A stretch of DNA of 64,000 nucleotides, from positions 100,514 through 164,513 of the forward strand of contig CAYQTA010000094.1 of the NCBI GenBank assembly GCA_964420365.1. Direction: 5' to 3'. Below the pieces are notes generated by a model. The model was given only the letters and a program-made list of their open reading frames with translations. It had not been told where the DNA came from and made no database searches. Every line of letters begins with the position of its first letter. Position 1 is the stretch's first letter. Of the stretch, positions 9,905 to 17,520 are shown piece by piece. The DNA comes from an uncultured Acidobacteriota bacterium. GTDB taxonomy: Bacteria; Acidobacteriota; Polarisedimenticolia; J045. The position numbers and the translations under genes are program-made.

Positions 9905-10690
9905 TCACCGCCCGAACAGCCGCGCAAGGAAACCGCGGCGGCGCGGGTCCGGCGGCCGGGGAGGCGGCGGCTCCACCGGCTCGCCCGTGAGAAACGCCCG
10001 GGGCCAGTCGAGGGTCGCCCGCCGCGCCGCCTCCTCGCCCGCCAGCTCCGCCCACCGGTCCCGCGCCGCCGCCAGCGCCGGTGGTCGGTACTCCGGGTCG
10101 TGGGCGTCCGACCCCAGGACGTGGACGAGACCCCGCCGGACCCATTCCTCCGAGAGCGCCCGGATCGCCTTGCCGAACGTGCCGAGGAGGCTCGAGCTCG
10201 TCATCTGCCCGAGGGCGCCGAGCTCGACCATCCGCTCCCACCGCGACGGATCCTCGAGGAACCAGCGGGTCCGCTCGGGATGGGCGATCACCGGCGTGAT
10301 CCCGGCGAGCTTCAGCTCGAAGATCGTCTCCTCGATCCGCACCGGCCGCGTGCGGTAGGGACACTCGAGGAGCAGCCACCTTCCAGCGTCGCCGTACGTG
10401 AGCAGGCGCCCGTCCCGCACCCGTTCCGGCAGGCGGGGAGCCAGGTGGACCTCCGACCCGGCCGCGATCTCGAGGGGGATTCCCTCGTCCTCGAGCACCC
10501 GGCGGAACTCCGCGATCGCCCCGAGCACCTTCGGGCGCTCGTTCCACCAGTCCCCCTCCCGGACGTGGGGGGTCGCGACCACGGTCGTCACGCCGTCCGC
10601 GGCGGCGATCCGCGCCATCGCGACGGCCGTCTCCCGGTCGGGAGCACCATCGTCGATTCCCGGCAGGATGTGGCAATGGGTGTCGATCAC
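9905..10690 (-). CDS. PHP-domain protein-tyrosine phosphatase (CpsB/YwqE family)
   Basis: C-terminal 261 aa of ORF 9905..11143: VIDTHCHILPGIDDGAPDRETAVAMARIAAADGVTTVVATPH... with the metal-binding His motifs HCH...PH...DAHD...H. GTG at 10690 overlaps the gpsA stop as GTGA. Confidence 0.7.
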   Translation of the reverse strand: MIDTHCHILPGIDDGAPDRETAVAMARIAAADGVTTVVATPHVREGDWWNERPKVLGAIAEFRRVLEDEGIPLEIAAGSEVHLAPRLPERVRDGRLLTYGDAGRWLLLECPYRTRPVRIEETIFELKLAGITPVIAHPERTRWFLEDPSRWERMVELGALGQMTSSSLLGTFGKAIRALSEEWVRRGLVHVLGSDAHDPEYRPPALAAARDRWAELAGEEAARRATLDWPRAFLTGEPVEPPPPRPPDPRRRGFLARLFGR

Positions 10691-11697
10691 GTCGTCCCGT
10701 CCTCGGGCTCGGCCCGGAGCGGCCTCGCCAGCAGGTCGGCGAGGGCCCGCCGCGGGTCCTTGTCCTCGAACAGGATGCCATGAACCTCCACGGCGATCGG
10801 CATCTCGACCCCGTGCTCCCGGGCAAGGCGCACGGCGGCGCGGGTCGTCTCGACCCCCTCGGCAACCTCGCGCATCCCCGCGAGGACATCCGCCAGCCTC
10901 CGGCCACGGCCGAGTTCCTGGCCGACGCGCCGGTTGCGGGACAGGTTGCCGGTGCAGGTGAGCACCAGGTCCCCGAGACCGGCGAGTCCCATGAACGTGT
11001 CCCGGCGGGCGCCCATCGCCGTGCCGAGGCGGGCGATCTCGGCAAGGGCGCGGGTGACCAGGGCCGCCATCGTGTTCGACCCGAAACCGAGACCGGCCGC
11101 CACTCCCGCGGCAATGGCGACGACGTTCTTGAGGGCGCCGCACAACTCGGCGCCGAGGCGATCATCCGACCGGTAGACCCGGAGGCTGCCCCCGGCGAAC
11201 GCCTCCTGGACGCGCCGCGCGACCTCCTCCGGCCCGGCGGCCACGACGGCGGTCGGCTGCCCCTCGGCGAGCTCCCGCGCGAACGACGGGCCGGTGAGGG
11301 CGACGGTTCTTGCCCTGGCGCTCGACCCGAGCGTCTCCGCAACGATCCGGTCGGGGAGCGCCAGCGTGCCGACCTCGATTCCCTTGCACGCGAGGACCAG
11401 GTCGGCTCCGGGTCGGAACGCGGCCGTGCCCGGGCCCTCCAGCACCGCCCGGAGCGCCTGGGTCGGCACCGCGAGGACCACGAGGTCCGCGTTCGCCAGG
11501 GCCTCTTCCGCGTCGGCAGTCACCCGGAGCCCGGCCGGGAACCGGATCCCGGGCAGGTAGGTCGGGTTTTCCCGGCGCGTCTCGAGTTCTTCCGCGAACG
11601 GCGCCCGGCGGGACCACAGCCGGACCTCGTGGCGAGCGGCCAGGTGGACCGCGAGGGCCGTACCCCACGACCCGGCACCCAGGACGGTGGCCCTCAC
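10687..11697 (-). CDS. gpsA: NAD(P)H-dependent glycerol-3-phosphate dehydrogenase
   Basis: C-terminal 336 aa of ORF 10687..12489: VRATVLGAGSWGTALAVHLA...NPTYLPG...KGIE...GPSFAREL...GALKNVVAIAAG. GTG at 11697. Confidence 0.9.
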   Translation of the reverse strand: MRATVLGAGSWGTALAVHLAARHEVRLWSRRAPFAEELETRRENPTYLPGIRFPAGLRVTADAEEALANADLVVLAVPTQALRAVLEGPGTAAFRPGADLVLACKGIEVGTLALPDRIVAETLGSSARARTVALTGPSFARELAEGQPTAVVAAGPEEVARRVQEAFAGGSLRVYRSDDRLGAELCGALKNVVAIAAGVAAGLGFGSNTMAALVTRALAEIARLGTAMGARRDTFMGLAGLGDLVLTCTGNLSRNRRVGQELGRGRRLADVLAGMREVAEGVETTRAAVRLAREHGVEMPIAVEVHGILFEDKDPRRALADLLARPLRAEPEDGTT

Positions 11698-12320
11698 GGG
11701 GCCGTCTCCCGCCGCGCGCCGCCGATCCGGTGTTCCTCTCCCCGGAGAAGGCGACGCAGGTTCTCCCGGTGACGAACCCAGACGATCGCGGCGAGCGCGA
11801 TGGCGCCGCCACCGACGCCCGGGGCGGTCCCGGGCAGCAGCGACCCGGCGATCGCCGCCGCGAGCGACGCCGCCAGGGAGCCGAGCGACACGATCCGGGT
11901 CGGCACCGCGAGCACGAGGAAGACGCCGAGGGCGATCGCCGCCAGGCGCGGATCGGCGGCGAGCAGCACCCCGAGCGTACTGGCCACACCCTTCCCTCCC
12001 CGGAATCCCAGCCAGGGAGTCCAGCAGTGCCCGGCCACGGGAGCGACCAGGGCGGCCGCGTGAACCCAGGCCGGTGCGTCCGCCGGGAGGAGCCAGCGGA
12101 CGGCGAGCCACCATCCCGCGGCGGCCTTTCCCATGTCGAGCAGGAGGGTCAGGACGCCCAGCGCCGGGCCCGCGGTCCGCAGCGTGTTCGTCGCGCCGAT
12201 GTTCCCCGACCCGACCCTTCGCGGGTCGCCCCTCCCGGACAGCAGGGACAGGAGGAGACCGAAGGGAATCGAACCGAGCAGGAACCCGGCGACGAGGGCG
12301 AGCGCGATGCGCGCGGTCAC
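11694..12320 (-). CDS. plsY: Glycerol-3-phosphate acyltransferase PlsY
   Basis: C-terminal 208 aa of ORF 11694..13196: ...LLGSIPFGLLLS...GSGNIGATNTLRTAG...HCWTPWLGFRGGKGVAS. GTG at 12320 overlaps the thpR stop as GTGA. The plsY-gpsA pairing is conserved. Confidence 0.85.
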   Translation of the reverse strand: MTARIALALVAGFLLGSIPFGLLLSLLSGRGDPRRVGSGNIGATNTLRTAGPALGVLTLLLDMGKAAAGWWLAVRWLLPADAPAWVHAAALVAPVAGHCWTPWLGFRGGKGVASTLGVLLAADPRLAAIALGVFLVLAVPTRIVSLGSLAASLAAAIAGSLLPGTAPGVGGGAIALAAIVWVRHRENLRRLLRGEEHRIGGARRETAP

Positions 12321-12892
12321 GGTGCGGATCCTCCTCCGACGGGCGCCCGGGCGAGCGCCTCGTACCGGGCCCCGTCGGGCGCCAGGTGGGAGCGGTACAG
12401 GACGACCTCCTCCACCGGCACCGGCCCGAACTCCGGGACGAAGGGATCCGGGCGTCCGGGCAGGAGTGGGCGCCGGTCCCGCCGCGCACGCGCGAGGGTC
12501 AGGTGGGGCCGGAACGGCCGCCGCTCCCGGGAAAAGCCGAGATCGACGACGGCCTCCTCCACGGCGCGGGCCAGCCCGGCGAGCGGGTCCAGCTCTCCGC
12601 GCAGGCCGGCCCACAGGACGCGGGGCCGGCCGGGACCGGGGAAGACGCCCCACCCCGCCGCCGTCACCGCCAGGGGACGCGCCGCCGCGGCCACCCGTTC
12701 CAGGCTCTCCGCCAGGGAATCCACCAGGCCCGGGTCGGTCTCCCCGAGAAACCGCAGCGTCAGGTGGATCCCCTCGGGGCGAACCGGGCGCCATCCGCGC
12801 CGCCGGGCACCCCATTCCCCGGTCCAGTCGACCATCGCCCGGAGGGTGCCCCCCGGCACCGGAACGGCCACGAAGAGGCGCCAGCCGCTCAA
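12317..12892 (-). CDS. thpR: RNA 2',3'-cyclic phosphodiesterase (2'-5' RNA ligase family, ThpR/LigT)
   Basis: Two H-x-T-x motifs (HLTLRFLGE and HLTLARA) in ORF 12317..12985. The printed first codon at 12985 would overlap cinA by 97 nt. The in-frame TTG at 12892 gives the typical LxRLFVAV N-terminus and a TTGA overlap with the cinA stop. Confidence 0.7.
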   Translation of the reverse strand: MSGWRLFVAVPVPGGTLRAMVDWTGEWGARRRGWRPVRPEGIHLTLRFLGETDPGLVDSLAESLERVAAAARPLAVTAAGWGVFPGPGRPRVLWAGLRGELDPLAGLARAVEEAVVDLGFSRERRPFRPHLTLARARRDRRPLLPGRPDPFVPEFGPVPVEEVVLYRSHLAPDGARYEALARAPVGGGSAP

Positions 12893-14184
12893 CAGCGTTC
12901 CCCCCCCGCCTCGACCACCTCGCCCAGTGGATCGAGCCCGAGCAACAGCCGCCGCACCTGCTCGAGGGCGATGGTCGTCGCCCACGCCCGGATCGCGCCG
13001 CGGTCCCCCGGGAAGACATGGCGGGTGACCCGCTCCTCGCGGCCGTCCGCGACACCGATGTAGACGAGGCCGACCGGCTTCGTGTCGGTGCCGCCACCGG
13101 GGCCGGCGATCCCGGTGGTCGCCACGGAGACCTCGACCCCGAGCCGCTCGCGGGCGCCCCGGGCCATCGCGAGGGCGGTCTCCGGGCTGACGGCACCGCA
13201 GCGATCGAGGAGGGCCTCGGGCACCCCGAGGAAGCGGGTCTTCTCCTCGTTGGCGTACGCGACGACCCCGCCGGCGAAGAACTCGCTGGCCCCCGCGAGA
13301 TCGGTCACCCGCTTGGCGACCAGCCCGCCGGTGCAGGACTCCGCCGCGCCCAGGCGGGCCCCGCGCTCCCGCAACAGGCGACCGAGCACCTCGACCAGCG
13401 TGGTCTCGTCCCGCCCGTAACAGGCATCCCCGAGGGCCGCGGCGACCTTCTCCATGGCGGCCTCGAGGAGATCCCGCGCGTCCGCCTCGTCATCCCCGCG
13501 CGCCGCGAGGGCAACCTCGACCTCGCCCGGAAGGGCGTAGAACCCCGCCCGGAGGCGTGGATCTTCCGGCAGGACCTCCCCGACCCGCCGCGCCACCTCG
13601 AGTTCCGTGAGCCCGGCGGTCCGGAGGGCGCCCGCGAGGAGCACGGAGCTGCCCGCCAGCTCGCGCCGGACCCGCGGGATCACCGACCGCTCGACCATGT
13701 CGCGGAACTCGGCGGGAACGCCGGGCAGACCGAAGAAGAGGGCCCTCCGGTGCCGCAACACGAAGCCGGACGCCGATCCCTTGGGATTCGGCACCGGCTC
13801 GGCACCCTCGGGCAGGAGCGCCATCACCCGCGCCCCCTCCGGCATCTCGAGACCGCGGTCGCGGTAGCGCTTCTCCAGGGCGGCGAGCAGTCCCTCGTGA
13901 ACGACCAGCGGAACACCGAGGGCCTTCGCCACCCCCTGCCGGGTGCGGTCGTCCACGGTCGGCCCCAGGCCTCCCGCGACGACGACCAGGTCGCTCCCCG
14001 AGCCGAGCGCCGCGTCGACCGCGGCGGCGATCCGGTCCTCGTCGTCCTCCACCAGCACGCGGGACGTCAGCTCGACCCCCAGCGGACCGAGCTGGGCCCC
14101 GAGCCAGGGCCCGTTCCGCTCCTCGCGCCGGCCGGATACCAGCTCGCCACCGACCCCGAGGAAGATCGCCTCCGGTCGTCTCAT
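12889..14184 (-). CDS. cinA: Competence/damage-inducible protein CinA (MoCF-binding domain plus NMN deamidase PncC domain)
   Basis: C-terminal 431 aa of ORF 12889..15075: MRRPEAIFLGVGGELVSG...VVAGGLGPTVDDRTR... and a C-terminal CinA domain ...AESCTGGLVAKRVTD...TGIAGPGGG. ATG at 14184 overlaps the pgsA stop (ATGA). The pgsA-cinA pair is conserved. Confidence 0.85.
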   Translation of the reverse strand: MRRPEAIFLGVGGELVSGRREERNGPWLGAQLGPLGVELTSRVLVEDDEDRIAAAVDAALGSGSDLVVVAGGLGPTVDDRTRQGVAKALGVPLVVHEGLLAALEKRYRDRGLEMPEGARVMALLPEGAEPVPNPKGSASGFVLRHRRALFFGLPGVPAEFRDMVERSVIPRVRRELAGSSVLLAGALRTAGLTELEVARRVGEVLPEDPRLRAGFYALPGEVEVALAARGDDEADARDLLEAAMEKVAAALGDACYGRDETTLVEVLGRLLRERGARLGAAESCTGGLVAKRVTDLAGASEFFAGGVVAYANEEKTRFLGVPEALLDRCGAVSPETALAMARGARERLGVEVSVATTGIAGPGGGTDTKPVGLVYIGVADGREERVTRHVFPGDRGAIRAWATTIALEQVRRLLLGLDPLGEVVEAGGERC

Positions 14185-14804
14185 CGTCTTCCTCCCCGCC
14201 CGTCTCCCGCGTCCTCCGCCAGCAGGCCGGGCGCGATCCGGACGGCCTTCCAGACGTAGTGGGCCGCCGACCCGAGGGCGAGCAGCATCGAGACCCAGAG
14301 GGCCGCGACTCCGAGGACACCGTACCGGCCCCACCGGTCCAGGGTCCGCGTCAGGATCAGCAGGACGATGGCCACCACCTGGGACGCCGTCTTGAGCTTC
14401 CCCCAGGGGGACGCCGGCAGGACGATTCCCCGGGTCAGCAGGACGGACCGCAGGCCGGACACGACGAACTCCCTGCCGATGATGATCACGACCATCCAGG
14501 CGGGGGCCAGGCCCATCGCGACCAGGGAGATGAACGCCGCGGAGGTCAGCAGCTTGTCGGCCAGGGGATCGAGGAGCGTGCCGATGACGGTCACCTGGCG
14601 GCGGCGGCGCGCGAGCCAGCCGTCGAGGATGTCGGTCACGGTCGCGAGCAGGAAGATCGCCACCCCGAGAACCTCCCGGAGGGCCGGGGAAGCCGCGCCG
14701 AAGAGGGGCGTGTCGGCCAGGCGCGACGGCGGCGCCAGGAGGACCACGACCAGGATCGGGACCAGGAAGATCCGGAAGATCGTGAGGATGGTCGGCAGGT
14801 TCAT
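14181..14804 (-). CDS. pgsA: CDP-diacylglycerol--glycerol-3-phosphate 3-phosphatidyltransferase
   Basis: C-terminal 207 aa of ORF 14181..15062: MNLPTILTIFRIFLVPILVV...TDILDGWLARRRRQVTVIGTLLDPLADKLL (CDP-alcohol phosphatidyltransferase motif D-G-x2-A-R-x8-G-x3-D-x3-D). Confidence 0.9.
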   Translation of the reverse strand: MNLPTILTIFRIFLVPILVVVLLAPPSRLADTPLFGAASPALREVLGVAIFLLATVTDILDGWLARRRRQVTVIGTLLDPLADKLLTSAAFISLVAMGLAPAWMVVIIIGREFVVSGLRSVLLTRGIVLPASPWGKLKTASQVVAIVLLILTRTLDRWGRYGVLGVAALWVSMLLALGSAAHYVWKAVRIAPGLLAEDAGDGRGGRR

Positions 14805-15011
14805 GAGCGCCCCGGTTCCGCCCCGAAGGCGGTGGGCGGCCCCCCCGGAGCGAGAGGCACCCCGCCGCCGGAAGCCGCAGCAGCCTACCACGGTGCGGGA
14901 AAGCGCAGCAACGAGCGCAGGCTCCCGGGGAACTGCTTGCCCCGGGCGCCGGGTCGGCGTACCCATCCACCGCGGGTCGGCGGGGCCGGCCCCGAAGGGG
15001 AGGTCCGGGAG

Positions 15012-15806
15012 ATGGACGTCCGGCAAGAAGGTGGCGAGCTCGGCACGGGGCCCGGCGGGCACGCCACCCGGTCACGGCCGGGACTGGAGCGCATCGCCTC
15101 CCTCCGGGACGCCCGCAGGGCCCTCGACGCCCTCGATCTCGGCGCCTTCCACGAGGCGGCCCGCCGGCTGCCGGGGGCCCTCGACGGGTCCCTCGGCCGC
15201 GTCGCCCTGGCTCTCGTCCTGTACGACCTGCTCCTCGAGGCGGCGGTCCTGTTCCGCCGCGGTCCGGTCACCAACCGGGAGCGCGAGGCTTGGCTCCTCG
15301 CCCTGGCCGAGGGCGAACGGGGCCCGGGACTCGCGCCGGCGTTCCGTGGCCTCCTGCGGGACGTGCTCCCGTCACCCGGCAGTCCCTGCGTGCGGGTCCA
15401 CCCCCTGGTCGCCCGGGCCCGGGCGTTCATCGACGATCACCACTCCGAGGACGTGTCCCTCGCCCGGGTGGCGGCCCGCCTGGGAACGACGAGGAGCTAC
15501 CTGTCGACGCTGTTCCGCCGGCACTGCGGCATCACCCTGACCGAGTACATCCACCGCGTCCGGGTCCGCCGGGCGATCGGCCTCCTGCGATCGGGCAAGG
15601 ACAGTCTCGCGGAGGTCGCCTTCGCGGTCGGCTACCGCAGCTACCGCCACTTCCACCGCAGTTTCCGGCGGCTCACCGGCCTGGCGCCCAAGGAATGGGT
15701 GCGCCGGGCCCGCTCCGGCCAGCGTCCCCCGGTCCCGTTTCTCCTCCCCGGCGAGCAGCGGCCAGCAGGCGAAAGTCCTGTGGCGGAGCACCCGGTCGAT
15801 CATTAG
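15012..15806 (+). CDS. AraC-family transcriptional regulator
   Basis: C-terminal part of ORF 14259..15806. From the ATG at 15012 it is 264 aa, with a C-terminal double HTH ...FIDDHHSEDVSLARVAARLGTTRSYLSTLFRRHCGITLTEYIHRVRVRRAIGLL...EVAFAVGYRSYRHFHRSFRRLTGLAPKEW. It is divergent from the pgsA operon. Confidence 0.75.
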   Translation: MDVRQEGGELGTGPGGHATRSRPGLERIASLRDARRALDALDLGAFHEAARRLPGALDGSLGRVALALVLYDLLLEAAVLFRRGPVTNREREAWLLALAEGERGPGLAPAFRGLLRDVLPSPGSPCVRVHPLVARARAFIDDHHSEDVSLARVAARLGTTRSYLSTLFRRHCGITLTEYIHRVRVRRAIGLLRSGKDSLAEVAFAVGYRSYRHFHRSFRRLTGLAPKEWVRRARSGQRPPVPFLLPGEQRPAGESPVAEHPVDH

Positions 15807-15871
15807 GCTTGATCCTCGAGAACGTCTCCGTTCCCCCGGGGCCGGCCCGGTCCCCCAGGAGGAAGTGCCCG

Positions 15872-17410
15872 ATGACCTCGAGACTCCGGTCGTTCGTCGT
15901 TCCGCTGCTGCTGGTTTCCCTCGTCGCGCTGCCGGCGTCCGTCACCGCCCTTGCCGGCAACGACGACCTGGACGCGATCGTCACGCGCCTGGGATCGGCG
16001 AGCATGCGGGACCGGATCATGGGGCTCCGGGACATGATGCGGCTCAAGGTCCCGGCGGAGAAGGCGCGGCCGATCCTCGAGAAGATGATCCAGGACCCCA
16101 GCGCCGAGGTCCGGGCCGAGCTGGTCTGGACGATCTACGAGCTCCTCGGTGGAAAGGGAGCGGACCTGCTCGAGAAGCTGTACGCCGACCCGGACCACAA
16201 GGTCCGCGACGGCGCGCTGCGGGCCGCCTGCCGGATGTGGGACGTCCCCGACGCCCGGGACCTCTGCCGGGCCGGGATGGACGACCCCGATCACCGGGCC
16301 CGCATCGAGGTGATCAACACGCTGAAGGAGTTCTTCCCCCACGACCCGGAGGCCGCCGCCCTCTTCCGCAGGGGGCTCCAGGACCCGTCCGAGATGGTCC
16401 AGCGCTCGGCGGTGTTCGGGGCCCAGGCGGCCCGTGACCCCGAGGCGGTACCCCTCCTGGCCAGGGTGCTCCGGGAGTCCAGCGACCTGGCGGCGGTTCC
16501 CGCGGCGGACGAGGCCCTGGCGACGATCGGCACCGACGAGGCCGTCGACGTGCTCGTCTCCGTGCTGCCCCGCCCCAAGGGCGAGCCGGGCAAGCCGGCC
16601 AGGCCGACCGACGCGGTGCGTGCGGCGGCCGCGCGGGCCCTCGCCCGGATCCGCAACCCGAAGGCCCTCCCCGCGCTCCGGAAGGCCCTCGACGACCCGT
16701 CCCTGATCGTTCGGCTCGGCGCGATGGAGGCGATCCTCCAGATGAAGGACCGGAAGGCCGCTCCCCTCGTCTGCCGGCAGCTGGGCGACAAGGAGGAGCG
16801 GATCCGCCGTTTCGCCCTCCGCGTGCTCCACCAGCTGGGCGACACGACGTGCCTCGACAGGATCCGGGACATGATGTTCCACGACCCGGTCCCGACGATC
16901 CGTGCGACCGCCACCGTCACCTACGCGGACCTGGTCGGCGAGAAGGCGATTCCCGACCTGCTCAAGCTCCGCGAGGACCTGGACTGGTCCGTCCGCCTGG
17001 AGGCGGCCGGCAGCCTGGCCGGCCTCGGGAAGCCGGCCGCGAAGGCCCTCGCGGAGTTCCTCGAGGACACGAACGCGGACGTCCGCGCCATGGCGATCAC
17101 GGGGCTGGGCCAGATCGGCGGTCCGGACCAGGTTCCCGCCCTCGCCCGGCTGATCACCGACAAGGGCAAGAAGAACCGCCAGGTCCGCATGGCGGTGGCG
17201 GAGGCCCTCGGTTCGATCGGCGGCGCGGAGGGTGTCCCGGTCCTCGCCGAGCTGGCGGCGGACCCGGACCCGGCCGTTCGCCAGCGGGCGGCAACGTCCC
17301 TCGGTCGGATCGGGGGGGCGGAGGCCCGCAAGACCCTCGAGGTCCTGGCGAAGGACCGGGTCCCCTCGGTGCGGCGCGCCGCCAGGACCGCCCTCGAATC
17401 CATGAAGTAG
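15872..17410 (+). CDS. Secreted HEAT-repeat (PBS-lyase-type) protein
   Basis: From the ATG at 15872 (ribosome-binding site AGGAGGAAG) in ORF 15290..17410: MTSRLRSFVVPLLLVSLVALPASVTALA (signal peptide), then about 12 repeats of the ...DPDxxVRxxAxxALGxIG... type. Confidence 0.75.
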   Translation: MTSRLRSFVVPLLLVSLVALPASVTALAGNDDLDAIVTRLGSASMRDRIMGLRDMMRLKVPAEKARPILEKMIQDPSAEVRAELVWTIYELLGGKGADLLEKLYADPDHKVRDGALRAACRMWDVPDARDLCRAGMDDPDHRARIEVINTLKEFFPHDPEAAALFRRGLQDPSEMVQRSAVFGAQAARDPEAVPLLARVLRESSDLAAVPAADEALATIGTDEAVDVLVSVLPRPKGEPGKPARPTDAVRAAAARALARIRNPKALPALRKALDDPSLIVRLGAMEAILQMKDRKAAPLVCRQLGDKEERIRRFALRVLHQLGDTTCLDRIRDMMFHDPVPTIRATATVTYADLVGEKAIPDLLKLREDLDWSVRLEAAGSLAGLGKPAAKALAEFLEDTNADVRAMAITGLGQIGGPDQVPALARLITDKGKKNRQVRMAVAEALGSIGGAEGVPVLAELAADPDPAVRQRAATSLGRIGGAEARKTLEVLAKDRVPSVRRAARTALESMK

Positions 17411-17430
17411 GGGCGGCCGGCAGGCCGCCC
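17411..17430. terminator. Bidirectional hairpin between the convergent HEAT-repeat gene and the TPR/sulfatase-like gene
   Basis: GGGCGGCC-ggca-GGCCGCCC is a perfect 8-bp GC stem with a 4-nt loop, immediately after the TAG stop at 17408..17410. No strong U-tract follows. Confidence 0.45.
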
Positions 17431-17520
17431 GCGGGTGCCGGGCGCGCGCGGTGCCGTCGTGCGCGTTTGCCGGATGATGCGCGGTGCGACGCGCCGCCCG
17501 GGCCGGCTCCCGGGGGGACC

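Noticed and set aside
12900-12907. Homopolymeric C8 (G8 on the coding strand) tract at the cinA/thpR junction, and a C7 tract at 40632..40638, considered as phase-variation slip sites.
   Set aside because: The tracts encode Gly-Gly inside conserved reading frames of housekeeping genes. There is no contingency-locus context. They are probably just GC-rich codon runs.
12985-12985. Track-listed first codon of thpR at 12985.
   Set aside because: It would overlap cinA by 97 nt and add a Gly/Arg-rich extension. The in-frame TTG at 12892 fits the 4-nt coupling pattern seen throughout this operon. It remains possible.
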